Assembly (NCBI GenBank): GCA_965222375.1
Contig: CBDCTZ010000014.1
Location: forward strand, 832,001-896,000
Length of the DNA: 64,000 nucleotides
Reading direction: 5' to 3'
DNA from: Polyangiaceae bacterium
Lineage (GTDB): Bacteria; Myxococcota_A; Polyangia; Polyangiales; Polyangiaceae
Shown here: positions 29,132 to 39,203 of the stretch, in pieces
Numbering within the stretch: position 1 is the stretch's first letter
How the letters are laid out: every line of letters begins with the position of its first letter
Translations under genes and position numbers: made by a program
Notes under the pieces: model-generated
What the model saw: only the letters and a program-made list of their open reading frames with translations
Databases searched by the model: none
What the model was told of the DNA's origin: nothing

Positions 29132-31171
29132 GTGGGCATGACCGACCCGTCTCATAGTAGCGGCGGCGAGGGCCGGGGCCCTGCCACCGCGCCGGGCGGC
29201 ACTGCCCCGGCGCGTTCCGCACCCGAGGTCCCAGGAGGGGTCGAGCGGGGCGGCGCAGCTTCTGACCGGGAGGGGGACGAAGCCGATGCCGCGGAGGCTC
29301 TCGTCGGCACAACCCTAGCGGATCGCTATCGCATCGAAGAGCTGCTCGGCACCGGCGGAATGGGGGCCGTGTACCGGGGTCAACACATCCACATGAAGAA
29401 GAATGTGGCGGTCAAGGTGCTTCATCGGGAGATGACCTATCTGCCGGAAGTCGTTGCCCGTTTCGAGCGCGAGGCCGTGGCTGCTGCTCGTATCGAGCAT
29501 CCCAACGTGGCAGGCGCGACGGACTTCGGGCGCATCGAAGGTGGCGCGTTTTATCTGGTACTGGAGTTTGTCGAGGGCACCAGCTTGCGGGACTTGCTCA
29601 AGGAGCACGGAGCCCTCAACGTGCCCCTCGCGCTGCACATTTCCCGCCAGATGGCGGACGCTCTTTCCGCGGCGCACGCCGCTGAAATCGTGCACCGGGA
29701 TCTCAAGCCCGATAACGTGATGCTCATCGAGCGGGAAGGCGATCCTCACTTCGTGAAGGTGCTCGATTTCGGCATCGCGAAAGTCAGCACCGACGAAGCT
29801 GGGCCGGCGCTGACCCAGTTGGGCAGCGTATTCGGCACGCCCGAGTACATGTCCCCGGAGCAAGCATCGGGAACGCCCGTGGACGCTCGTTCCGACCTCT
29901 ACACACTGGGCATTCTGCTCTACGAGATGCTGTCGGGTAACTCGCCCTTCGACGACGAGGATATGGTCGTCGTTCTCACTCGGCAGATGACGATGGGTCC
30001 CGCTCCGCTGCCGCCGAGTGTGCCGGCGGATGTGCAAGCGTTGGTCGCGCGCATGTTGTGCAAAGACGCAGATGAGCGGGTACAAACCGCTGCAGAGCTG
30101 GTCGCGCAGTTCGACGCGTTGTTGCATTCAACACCGGATCCCGGGCACGCGTCGCCCTCGGCGGCCGTCGGCTCGCCGCCGCCCCCGAGCATGGAGGCTA
30201 GTAGCGTGCAATACGGGGACACAGTGCTCAGCTTGGCTCGACCCGGGCTCATGCCCGGAGCGGCGGAGACGCCGCACGCGGCGGTGGTGGGGGAGCGCAG
30301 AGCAGGGCAGGGCGGTGTGCTCGCGCCGCTCCTGGAGCGAGTACCGGCGTTGGCAAAGCCCATCCATGTCGGTGGCCAGCAGATCCCTTTGTGGTGGGTC
30401 GCCATCGGGGGCGCCGCGCTCGTGGCGCTGTCCTTCGTGGTGGTGCTGACCGCCGCCTTGGCGACCAGTGGCGGTGCCGGAGCCGACGGCAAGGCAACTG
30501 ACGAGCTCGCCGCGGCAGCGGGGCCGAGCCTGCAGGAACAAATGGACCTCGCCAAGACCGGAGACCGGGAAGCCATCGCCTTCCTCCAAGCGCGCCCCGA
30601 ACGCAAACGGACCGCCCCCGAGTGGTATGCTCTGGGCCGAGGGCTCTCCGTCGACGGGCATGTGAAACTGAGCCTGGTGGCCTATGAGAAAGCCGTGGGG
30701 CTCGACCCGGCGCTGACCAGCGATACGTTCTTGGTCAAAGACATCATTGCCGCGGCTCAGAGCCCCGCGACCTCCGCGGATTCGTTGGATCTTGCCGTTC
30801 GCGCCCTCGGAGCAACGGGCGCGGACTTGGTCTACGAGGTCTACACTCGCACCAAAGATCGCAAGGGCACGACGGTGCACAACAATGCGAAGCTCCGACT
30901 GAAAGGTAAAGCTCTGCGCAGCAAAGCCTCACCGGCACTTCTGGTGGTTCTCGATCTCAACAAGGCGCGAGGTTGTGGCGCTGTGAAAGCCGTGGTCGTG
31001 CGTGCGGCCAAACACGCCGATGCGCGGGCTTCGAAGAAGTTGAAGGCGTATAGCCACCGGCGCGGTTGTGGCTTCCTCGGTTTGAGGGATTGTTACGGGT
31101 GCTTGCGAGGCAGCACGACGCTGAGCGACGCGATAAAACGCGCCAAGGCCACTCCAGGTCCACAGTTCTGA
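29132..31171 (+). CDS. Ser/Thr protein kinase with single TM and extracytoplasmic helical domain
   Basis: GTGGMGAV, VAVK, HRDLKPDN, DFG and GTPEYMSPE motifs. Confidence 0.95.
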   Translation: MGMTDPSHSSGGEGRGPATAPGGTAPARSAPEVPGGVERGGAASDREGDEADAAEALVGTTLADRYRIEELLGTGGMGAVYRGQHIHMKKNVAVKVLHREMTYLPEVVARFEREAVAAARIEHPNVAGATDFGRIEGGAFYLVLEFVEGTSLRDLLKEHGALNVPLALHISRQMADALSAAHAAEIVHRDLKPDNVMLIEREGDPHFVKVLDFGIAKVSTDEAGPALTQLGSVFGTPEYMSPEQASGTPVDARSDLYTLGILLYEMLSGNSPFDDEDMVVVLTRQMTMGPAPLPPSVPADVQALVARMLCKDADERVQTAAELVAQFDALLHSTPDPGHASPSAAVGSPPPPSMEASSVQYGDTVLSLARPGLMPGAAETPHAAVVGERRAGQGGVLAPLLERVPALAKPIHVGGQQIPLWWVAIGGAALVALSFVVVLTAALATSGGAGADGKATDELAAAAGPSLQEQMDLAKTGDREAIAFLQARPERKRTAPEWYALGRGLSVDGHVKLSLVAYEKAVGLDPALTSDTFLVKDIIAAAQSPATSADSLDLAVRALGATGADLVYEVYTRTKDRKGTTVHNNAKLRLKGKALRSKASPALLVVLDLNKARGCGAVKAVVVRAAKHADARASKKLKAYSHRRGCGFLGLRDCYGCLRGSTTLSDAIKRAKATPGPQF

Positions 31172-31180
31172 CGGGGCGGC

Positions 31181-32407
31181 ATGCGTTTGGTGGGGATAAC
31201 CGGCACCGATGGCAAGACCACGACGGCGACGCTTCTTGCCCACATCGTTGCCGCCGCCGGTGAGCCCAATGCGCTGGTAACCACCCTCGGCTCCTGGGTC
31301 GAGGGCGAGCAGCTCTCGGATCAAGCTGACGTCGACGCCTTTTTCAGCTGCCTCGAGCGTGCGCGCGAGAAGAACGTGCAGACCCTGGTGCTCGAAACGA
31401 CCTCCCAGGCGCTCGCGGAGGGCTTCGCGCATCGCTATCCCGTGGACGTCGCGGTGCTAACGAACTTCTCTCGGGATCACCTCGACTATCACGGTTCGCC
31501 GGAGCAATACCTAGCGGCCAAAGCGCAACTGTTCACGACTCTGAAGCCGGAAGGGCATGCCGTGCTCAACGCCGATTGCGAAACAGCGCAGCTACTGGAA
31601 GAGGTGACCCCCGCGGCGGCGAATCGACTTTGGTATGCGACCCAGAGCGGCGGGGCTGCTCACGACCGTGCTCTCACGGCCGGGAGCGTGACGGTGTCGC
31701 GAGACGGCACCGAGCTGCTTCTGGAGTCGTCACCCCTGGCGGACCAATTGGGCGGGCGGATCGAACTCCGCTTGCACGGCGCGCACTTCGCGGCCGATGC
31801 CCTCGCCGCGGCCCTCGCTGCCTATGCCCTGGGCTACTCCGCTGACTGCATTGGAGAAGCGCTGAGCAGCTTCGAGTCCGTGCCCGGACGTTTCCAGATC
31901 GTGGCTCGACAGCCCTTCGTGGTGGTGGACTACGCGCACACCCCCGACGCACTGAAGCGCACACTGCGGGTCGCGAAAGACGTGAGCCCCGAGGGGCCGC
32001 TGATCGTGGTGTTCGGCTGTGGCGGAAGTCGGGATCCGGGCAAGCGGCCCGAAATGGGACGAATGGCAGCAGGCATCTCGCAGCTGGCCATCTTGACCAG
32101 CGACAACCCCCGCGACGAGAGCCCCGCCGCGATCATCGAGGAAATCGCCGCGGGCGCCCTTGCCGCTGGCGCCCAGGAGGAAGATCCATCTGCGGCTGGG
32201 CGTACGCTTTCGAGCAAGGGCCCGTGTGTCGTGGCTCGAATGGTCGATCGCAAGATTGCGATCACCGCGGCGTTGAAAGTCGCACGAGAATGGGAAGGTA
32301 GTTGTGTGGTGGTCGCCGGCAAAGGGCACGAGCGAGTGCAATGGATCGGTGAGACCGCGCACCCCTTTGATGATGCACTCGTGGTTCGAGAGGCACTCAG
32401 TCAGTGA
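31181..32407 (+). CDS. murE: MurE-like Mur ligase lacking the N-terminal domain
   Basis: GITGTDGKTTT, TNFSRDHLDYH, VVDYAHTPDAL, FGCGGSRD..KRPEMG, TSDNPR and AGKGHE. Confidence 0.8.
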   Translation: MRLVGITGTDGKTTTATLLAHIVAAAGEPNALVTTLGSWVEGEQLSDQADVDAFFSCLERAREKNVQTLVLETTSQALAEGFAHRYPVDVAVLTNFSRDHLDYHGSPEQYLAAKAQLFTTLKPEGHAVLNADCETAQLLEEVTPAAANRLWYATQSGGAAHDRALTAGSVTVSRDGTELLLESSPLADQLGGRIELRLHGAHFAADALAAALAAYALGYSADCIGEALSSFESVPGRFQIVARQPFVVVDYAHTPDALKRTLRVAKDVSPEGPLIVVFGCGGSRDPGKRPEMGRMAAGISQLAILTSDNPRDESPAAIIEEIAAGALAAGAQEEDPSAAGRTLSSKGPCVVARMVDRKIAITAALKVAREWEGSCVVVAGKGHERVQWIGETAHPFDDALVVREALSQ

Positions 32408-32448
32408 CGGGTTTGGGTTTTTGTCGCGACTGCTGAAAGGACGCGAAG

Positions 32449-32860
32449 ATGAAGATTGATCGTGAAAAGTTTCTTGCCCTTGCGGCGTTCACCGGCGCGG
32501 TATGCGCGAGCGGTTGTTACGTGGACAGCGGGCCTCCTCGCAATCAGGGCCAGCCCCCCGCCGCCTCAACCCGGCTACGCGCCGCCTCCGGGTCAAGCGC
32601 CGCCGCCCGCAGCCCAACCCGCGCCGGGTCCGGCACCCGTAGCCCAACCGGGCCCGGCACCCGCAGGTCAACCGCAACCCGGCGCCGCTCCCGCCCCTGG
32701 CGGTCAGCCCGCTCCCGGGCAGTGGCCGGGTCTTCCTCCGGGCTTCCAGCCGCCGCCAGGTTGGCAACCTCCAGCAGGCTGGACACCCCCAGCGGGTTGG
32801 GTACCGCCGCCATCCGGCGAAGGCGGTGCAGTCGTGCCACCGCCTGCCGGCGAACGATAA
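32449..32860 (+). pseudogene. Pro-rich lipoprotein with apparent +1 frameshift in a C6 run
   Basis: Signal MKIDREKFLALAAFTGAVCASGC in one frame; PQPGYAPPPGQAPP... continues in another; the switch is at CCCCCC 32554-32559. Could be a sequencing error. Confidence 0.65.
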
Positions 32861-32997
32861 AGTCCGAATCTCCGCAACTTCGTGGCTGGCCCAAGCGTAC
32901 CGGCGTCTTCATCGGGCCGGACCGGATCATCAAGAGCAAACAGCACACGGACATGGAAAGTACGATCCGGCTGCAGATCGCTGGGATCCTGCAGTAA

Positions 32998-33481
32998 TCA
33001 GCGCAAGCGAAACGACAGCTCGGTGTTGCCGATGCGGAAGCGGTCACCGTCGGCGAGGGCTTTTCGCATGATGCGTTCAGATCCGAAGAACGTGCCCGAG
33101 CTTGAGCCCATGTCGACCAAGAACGCGTCGCTGTCGATGATTTCGACGATGGCGTGCTGAAAGTCCACGGAGTCGTCATCCAAGCGCAGGTGACACGCGT
33201 CGTTCTTGCCGATGATGAAGTGGCGCCGGGTGATGACGTGCTCGACGTTGCCCACGCTGACCGTCAGGCGGATGGGCAGGCCTGAGAGCCGTGCTCGGAC
33301 TCGGGGCCAGGGACAGACAGGGTCGCGCCCGGACCCCGACATCCACATCCGTGACCGCTTCCGCCAAGGCCAACAGAGCAAAGGAGCGGGGGTCCGTGTT
33401 GCGCTCCTGTGCGGAGCGAACCAGCTGCTCCCACAGGCTGTCGGGGATCTGGAGGGTCTTGTCGTCCAAGTCGTCGGCCAT
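32998..33481 (-). pseudogene. Ribbon-helix-helix-like + FHA domain protein, frameshifted
   Basis: N-terminal TLQIPDSLWEQLVRSAQERN in one frame; FHA motifs IIGK, HAIVE, DMGSSSGT and DGDRFRIG in another; the break lies at about 33280-33340. Confidence 0.7.
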
Positions 33482-33542
33482 CCGGGCCGGGCATCCTACC
33501 CCGGGACGGCCCTCATCCCTTGACGGCCCCAGAAAAGCATTG

Positions 33543-33568
33543 TATCCGATTATCCTGATAGTCGGATA
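33543..33568. promoter_or_regulatory. 26-bp palindrome, candidate operator of the ArsR-methyltransferase regulator
   Basis: TATCCGATTATC-CT-GATAGTCGGATA (11/12 arm match) overlaps the A of the start codon; TTGACG at 33520-33525. Confidence 0.75.
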
Positions 33569-34548
33569 TGTCCAGCGTCGACCATACTGTGAGCCTGCTG
33601 CACCTGTTCGGGGATACCACCCGGGTGCGCCTTTTGGCGCTGCTCAGCCGAGACGAACTCAGCGTCGCGGAGCTCACCAGCATCACCGAGTTGCCCCAGT
33701 CCCGGGTTTCGACACACTTGGGCAAGCTGCGGGAGGCCGGCATGCTCAGGGATCGACGGGTTGGCGCGTCGACCTTCTACGCCCTCAACGACGTTGCCAT
33801 GCCCGAAGAGGCCCGTCGAGTCTGGACGTTGGTGCGTGAGGAAACCAAGGACGCTGTACTGGACGCGGACCGCGCTCGAGGCGACCGGCTGCGCAAGGCA
33901 CGGGAAAGCGGCGGCTCTTGGCCAGACTCCATCGCCGGCGAGATGGAGCGTCACTACTCCCCGGGACGAACCTGGGAAGCGACTGCGCGGGGCCTGCTCG
34001 GGTTCATCGATCTCGGGGACTTCCTCGATCTCGGTTCCGGTGACGGCGCCATCGCTCAACTCCTGCTCCCCCGCTGTCGCAGTGTGACCTGCGTCGATCG
34101 GAGCGAAAGGATGATCGCGGCGGCTAAGCGTCGCTTCAAAGGCGTGCCCAGGGTGCGCTTGGCCCAGGCAGACATGGAGGCCTTGCCCTTCGAAGATGCA
34201 AGCTTCGACCATGCCCTGTGCTCGAGCGCGCTGACCTTCGTCCCGAACCACGGACGCGCGCTGAGTGAAGCCGCGCGGGTACTTCGCCCCGGCGGACGCT
34301 TCGTAGTGACCACCCTTTCGGCCCATTCCCACGCCAGCGTCACGGAAACCTATGGTCACCGCCACCCCGGGTTCGAACCCGCACAGCTGGCCGAGCTGCT
34401 CAGTCAAGCCGGCCTGTCCGTGGACCAATGCCAGGTCACGTCGCGAGAGCGCAAGAAGCCCTACTTCGAAGTCATCTCCGCATTTGCCTCCAAGCCCGCC
34501 TCCGGCGAGCACCCAGAAAAGAAGAACGGAAACGGAAAACGCTCATGA
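33568..34548 (+). CDS. ArsR HTH + SAM-binding methyltransferase-fold regulator (SahR/SamR-like)
   Basis: [51 protein letters not shown] overlap with metH. Confidence 0.88.
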   Translation: MSSVDHTVSLLHLFGDTTRVRLLALLSRDELSVAELTSITELPQSRVSTHLGKLREAGMLRDRRVGASTFYALNDVAMPEEARRVWTLVREETKDAVLDADRARGDRLRKARESGGSWPDSIAGEMERHYSPGRTWEATARGLLGFIDLGDFLDLGSGDGAIAQLLLPRCRSVTCVDRSERMIAAAKRRFKGVPRVRLAQADMEALPFEDASFDHALCSSALTFVPNHGRALSEAARVLRPGGRFVVTTLSAHSHASVTETYGHRHPGFEPAQLAELLSQAGLSVDQCQVTSRERKKPYFEVISAFASKPASGEHPEKKNGNGKRS

Positions 34549-37500
34549 GCCAATCGGACATCGTCAAAGCACTGGAAGCAGAAGCGAAGAAACGCATCTT
34601 GGTCATGGACGGCGCCATGGGCACCGCGATCCAGGGCTACAAGCTCGAAGAAGCGGATTTTCGCGGAGAGCGCTTTTTCTCCCACTCCACGGATCTGCAA
34701 GGCAACAACGACCTGATCAGCCTGACCAAGCCTGACGTCATCGAGGCGATTCACGCCGAGTACCTCGAGTCCGGCGCGGACGTCATCGAGACCAACACCT
34801 TCAACGCGACCCGGATTTCCCAAGCGGACTACAAGACCGAGGATCTCGCCTACGAACTGAACCTGGAGTCCGCGAAGATCGCGCGGCGCGTCGCGGACCG
34901 CTTCAGCAACGACAACCCGTCGCAGCGCCGATTCGTGGCCGGCGCGATCGGCCCCCTCAACCGAACCCTGAGCATGTCGCCCAAGGTGGAGGACCCGGGG
35001 TTTCGCGCGGTGAGCTTCGACGAAGTCCGAGAGGCCTACGCAGAGCAAGTGCGGGGCCTGATCGACGGCGGCGTGGACATTCTGCTTCCGGAAACGGTCT
35101 TCGACACCCTCAACCTCAAGGCGGCTATCGTCGCCATCGAAGAGGTTTTCGAGGAAAAGAGCGTGTGCTTGCCGATCATGTTGAGCGGCACCATCACCGA
35201 CAAGAGTGGGCGCACTCTCTCCGGCCAAACCTTGGATGCGTTTTGGACCAGCGTGGCACACGCTCGGCCGCTGGCGGTGGGCATCAACTGTGCCCTCGGT
35301 GCCCGGGAGATGCGGCCCTACATGGAGGAGCTGAGCCGCATCGCCGACGTCATGGTCTCCTGTTACCCCAACGCCGGGCTGCCGAACGCCTTCGGCGAAT
35401 ACGACGAGCTGCCGGACGAAACCGGGCAGTTACTGAGAAGCTTCGCCAACGACGGCTTGGTGAACATCGTCGGCGGCTGCTGCGGCACGACACCCGCGCA
35501 CATCCGGGCCATCAAGAGCCACGTTGAAGGTGTGGCGCCGCGACCCATTCCGGAGCTGGAGCCCGTGACTCGCTATGCGGGGCTGGAGACCCTGACCATC
35601 GACAAGGCCACCAACTTCACGATGGTGGGTGAGCGCACCAACGTGACCGGTAGCCGGCGCTTCGCGCGCTTGATCAAAGAAGACGATTACGACACTGCCC
35701 TCGAAGTCGCTCTCGAACAGGTGCGCGGCGGGGCCAATGTTATCGATGTTAACATGGACGAAGCCATGCTCGATTCCGAGGCGGCGATGGAGAAGTTCCT
35801 CCGCCTGATCGCCAGCGAGCCGGAGATCTCGCGGGTTCCGATCATGATCGACAGCTCCAAGTGGTCCGTGATCGAGGCCGGCCTGAAGAACGTGCAGGGC
35901 AAGGCCATCGTCAACTCCATCAGCATGAAAGAAGGCGTGGAGGACTTCTTGGACAAGGCCAAGAAGGTGCGCCGTTACGGTGCCGGCATCGTGGTCATGG
36001 CCTTCGACGAAGAAGGTCAGGCGGAAACCGCGGAGCGAAAGTTCGAAATCTGCCAAAAGGCCTACAAGCTCCTGACCGAAGAAGCCGGCTTTTCGCCCCA
36101 GGACATCATCTTCGACCCCAACGTCTTTGCAGTCGCCACGGGCATCGAAGGACACAACCGCTTCGGCTTGAACTTCATCGAAGCCGCCAAGCAGATCAAA
36201 GAGCAGTTGCCCGGTGCCAAGATCAGTGGCGGCATCAGCAACTTGTCATTCTCGTTCCGTGGCAACGACCGCGTGCGCGAGGCCTTTCACTCAGCGTTCT
36301 TGTTCCATGCCATCCGCGCCGGGCTCGACATGGGCATCGTCAATGCCGGCCAGCTGGTGGTGTACGAAGAAATCGAGGCAGAGCTCCTGGAGCGTGTGGA
36401 AGATGTGCTGTTCGACCGTCGGGCGGACGCCACCGAGCGCATGGTCGAACTTGCCGAGCAGGTTCGAGGCAGCGGCAAGAAGCGTGAAGTCGACTTGAGC
36501 TGGCGACAAGGCAGCGTCGAGAGCCGCATCGAACACGCCTTGGTCCGCGGTATTGTCGACTACATCGTCGAAGACGCCGAGGAAGCTCGGCTCGCTCTGG
36601 AGAGCCCTCTCTCGGTGATCGAAGGTCCCATGATGGCGGGCATGAGCGTGGTCGGCGACCTCTTCGGCGCTGGCAAGATGTTCTTGCCTCAGGTGGTCAA
36701 GAGCGCCCGCGTCATGAAGAAGGGTGTGGCGCACTTGGAGCCCTTCATGGAGGCTCAACGCGACGCTCGTGCAAGTCGGGCCGGTAAGATCGTGATGGCT
36801 ACGGTCAAAGGCGACGTGCACGACATTGGCAAGAACATCGTCGGCGTTGTCCTCGGCTGCAACAACTACGAGGTCGTCGACTTGGGCGTGATGGTCCCTT
36901 GCGACAAGATCATTCGTACCGCCATCGAGGAGGGCGCCGATATGATCGGCCTCTCGGGCCTGATCACGCCCAGCCTGGACGAAATGGTTTTCGTGGCCAA
37001 GGAGATGGAGCGCCGGGGCCTGAAAATCCCGTTGCTCATCGGCGGCGCGACCACGAGTCGCCAGCACACTGCCGTCAAGATCGCTCCGGTGTATTCCGGG
37101 CCCGTGGTGCACGTGCACGACGCGTCTCGAGCCGTCAGTGTGGTTTCCTCGCTGCTGGACAAGAAACAGCACGGCACCTTCGTCGAGTATGTGCGAACCG
37201 AGCAAGAGCGTCTACGCAAGGCCCACGCCGGCCGCGCCGTAAAGCCGCCCATGCCCTTGTCGGAGGCGCGAAAACGCTCCACGCCCATCGACTGGAAGGT
37301 GAAGGACCTGGCGCGCCCCAGCTTCCTCGGCGCACGTCTGATCGAGGAGCAGCCCCTCTCGGAGCTGGTTCCCTACATCGACTGGACCTTCTTCTTCGCT
37401 GCTTGGGAATTGAAGGGTAAGTTCCCGCGCATCTTCGAGCACCCCGACTACGGCGACGCCGCTCGAGAGCTCTACGACAACGCCCGGGCGCTGCTCGACA

Positions 37501-38297
37501 CCATCGTCAAAGAGGAATCCCTCACGGCCAAGGGTGTCTACGGCTTCTGGCCCGCCGCGTCCGAGGGCGACGACATCGTGCTGTTCGAGACCGAAGCCAG
37601 AAAGAAGGAGATCGCTCGGTTCAACATGCTCCGCCAACAGGTGAAGCATGATGCGGGCCCTTGTCGCTCCTTGGCGGACTTCGTGGCGCCTCGGGACAGC
37701 CACCTGCCTGACTACATCGGCGCCTTTGCTGTCACGGCAGGCCTGGGAGAGCGGGAATTGGCATCACGATTCGAGAAAGACTACGACGACTACGACGCGA
37801 TCATGGTCAAGGCTCTGGCGGATCGCCTGGCCGAAGCCTTCGCGGAGCAGTTGCATCGCCGAGCTCGCCAAGAGTGGGGCTACGATCTCAAGGAGCACCT
37901 CTCGCCCCACGAGCTGCTCGAAGAGCAGTACCGCGGCATTCGCCCAGCCTTTGGCTATCCCGCCTGCCCGGACCACACCGAAAAAGCAAAGCTCTTTGCT
38001 CTGCTCGAGCCCGAGCGCATCGGCATGGCGCACACGGATCGCTTCGCGATGATGCCCGCGGCGAGCGTCAGTGGCTTGTACTTCGCTCACCCCGAGACGC
38101 GCTACTTCAACGTGGGTCGCATTGGTCGCGACCAGGTCGAGGAGTACGCAGAGCGCAAGAACATGACCGTGATCGAGGCCGAGCGCTGGCTCGCGCCGAA
38201 CCTGGGCTACGACCCGAGCGAAGCGGGGCGACCTGGCATCGCCGAGATCAGCGCAAGCACTCCGCCCCAGGAGGCTCGGAGCTTGGCCGCGCGTTAG
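34545..38297 (+). CDS. metH: B12-dependent methionine synthase
   Basis: [49 protein letters not shown] and GYPACPDH. Confidence 0.98.
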   Translation: MSQSDIVKALEAEAKKRILVMDGAMGTAIQGYKLEEADFRGERFFSHSTDLQGNNDLISLTKPDVIEAIHAEYLESGADVIETNTFNATRISQADYKTEDLAYELNLESAKIARRVADRFSNDNPSQRRFVAGAIGPLNRTLSMSPKVEDPGFRAVSFDEVREAYAEQVRGLIDGGVDILLPETVFDTLNLKAAIVAIEEVFEEKSVCLPIMLSGTITDKSGRTLSGQTLDAFWTSVAHARPLAVGINCALGAREMRPYMEELSRIADVMVSCYPNAGLPNAFGEYDELPDETGQLLRSFANDGLVNIVGGCCGTTPAHIRAIKSHVEGVAPRPIPELEPVTRYAGLETLTIDKATNFTMVGERTNVTGSRRFARLIKEDDYDTALEVALEQVRGGANVIDVNMDEAMLDSEAAMEKFLRLIASEPEISRVPIMIDSSKWSVIEAGLKNVQGKAIVNSISMKEGVEDFLDKAKKVRRYGAGIVVMAFDEEGQAETAERKFEICQKAYKLLTEEAGFSPQDIIFDPNVFAVATGIEGHNRFGLNFIEAAKQIKEQLPGAKISGGISNLSFSFRGNDRVREAFHSAFLFHAIRAGLDMGIVNAGQLVVYEEIEAELLERVEDVLFDRRADATERMVELAEQVRGSGKKREVDLSWRQGSVESRIEHALVRGIVDYIVEDAEEARLALESPLSVIEGPMMAGMSVVGDLFGAGKMFLPQVVKSARVMKKGVAHLEPFMEAQRDARASRAGKIVMATVKGDVHDIGKNIVGVVLGCNNYEVVDLGVMVPCDKIIRTAIEEGADMIGLSGLITPSLDEMVFVAKEMERRGLKIPLLIGGATTSRQHTAVKIAPVYSGPVVHVHDASRAVSVVSSLLDKKQHGTFVEYVRTEQERLRKAHAGRAVKPPMPLSEARKRSTPIDWKVKDLARPSFLGARLIEEQPLSELVPYIDWTFFFAAWELKGKFPRIFEHPDYGDAARELYDNARALLDTIVKEESLTAKGVYGFWPAASEGDDIVLFETEARKKEIARFNMLRQQVKHDAGPCRSLADFVAPRDSHLPDYIGAFAVTAGLGERELASRFEKDYDDYDAIMVKALADRLAEAFAEQLHRRARQEWGYDLKEHLSPHELLEEQYRGIRPAFGYPACPDHTEKAKLFALLEPERIGMAHTDRFAMMPAASVSGLYFAHPETRYFNVGRIGRDQVEEYAERKNMTVIEAERWLAPNLGYDPSEAGRPGIAEISASTPPQEARSLAAR

Positions 38298-38379
38298 AGC
38301 GTTGGTTTCTTGGGGGGGATGTGGCGGACAAGTCCGTCATCGGGAGTTCTTCGAGGTTCGGAGCGGGGGCGCTTGGAGT

Positions 38380-38475
38380 GACGTGGACGTGGACGTGGAC
38401 GTCTACGTGGACGTCTACGTGGACGTGGACGTGGACGTGGACGTGGACGGGTACGCGGACGGGTACGCGGACGGT
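38380..38475. repeat. Hexanucleotide array, 16 units with invariant ACG core
   Basis: Units GACGTG, GACGTC, TACGTG, GACGGG, TACGCG and GACGGT in uninterrupted 6-nt phase. Confidence 0.95.
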
Positions 38476-38571
38476 CGGGTTGTTCGGCGATGTGGCCAAA
38501 TTGCGACGTCGGTCTGCAAGCCCGTGCCAGCTTCGCTGTCACTTGGGCTTGCGCGCGCGTTTGACGGGTAA

Positions 38572-38636
38572 GAACCAACGAATTGGTTCGCGATGGTTCG
38601 AAACCTCCTTCTTGGGTGAAGGAGGCTTCGAATCAT
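38572..38636 (+). promoter_or_regulatory. Two RNA hairpins, the second sequestering the Shine-Dalgarno
   Basis: GAACCAA-CGAA-TTGGTTC (38572-38589). 38593-38611 pairs with 38618-38636 (17 Watson-Crick, 1 GU, 1 mismatch), covering GAAGGAGG. Confidence 0.75.
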
Positions 38637-38984
38637 ATGAAGACATCTAGTGAATCACTATTGCCGCATCATCGACTGCGGGCGTTTCGGGTGGCGCTCG
38701 AGTTTTTGGGTGCCGTGAAGGCGGCGAAGATCCGGGACCGGGTGGACCGCGATCAAGCCATCCGAGCCGCCAAGAGTGCTTGTCGGAATATCGCTGAGGC
38801 CACGGGGCGCGTGTCGCGTGCTGACAAGGCTCGGGTGTTCGGAATCGCCCGTGGTGAAACCATTGAAGCAATTGCGGCCTGTGAGATTGCGGCGGAAGCT
38901 GGCGATGCGCTTGCTAGCGCGCTGCCGCGAGTGCTCGACCGAGGCAATGCACTCTACGCCATGCTCACGGCGCTTTCGCGCTGA
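38637..38984 (+). CDS. Four-helix bundle protein (23S rRNA IVP/bAvd-like family)
   Basis: HHRLRAFRVALEF, DQAIRAAKSACRNIAEATGR and FGIARGETIE match the family pattern; GAAGGAGG RBS. Confidence 0.88.
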   Translation: MKTSSESLLPHHRLRAFRVALEFLGAVKAAKIRDRVDRDQAIRAAKSACRNIAEATGRVSRADKARVFGIARGETIEAIAACEIAAEAGDALASALPRVLDRGNALYAMLTALSR

Positions 38985-39203
38985 GAAGGGCGACCACTTG
39001 CCGCACTGACGTAGCGTAACGTTCGGTACAGGCAGACCTTCGCGTGCCGCGCAGGAATCATTCGAATCTTCTGGTGGCCGCGATGTGCGTGGTTGTGTGA
39101 TGGAGACCGACCTAACAACTGGGTCGTCGCGGCGTTCTTGTGGCGCGGCTGGAACGCGCGCGGGACCAGTGATAGTCTCGCAATCTGGCCGGGGAGAAGG
39201 ACA

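Noticed and set aside
33481..33570. SAM or cobalamin riboswitch upstream of the metH operon
   Set aside because: The intergenic gap is only 86 bp and contains a DNA palindrome rather than riboswitch motifs.
34428..34544. N-terminal extension of MetH in the ORF track
   Set aside because: It overlaps the regulator gene; the ATGA overlap at 34545 and MetH homology fix the start.
38637..38984. 23S rRNA intervening sequence
   Set aside because: The flanks are metH and protein-coding sequence; no rRNA is present.
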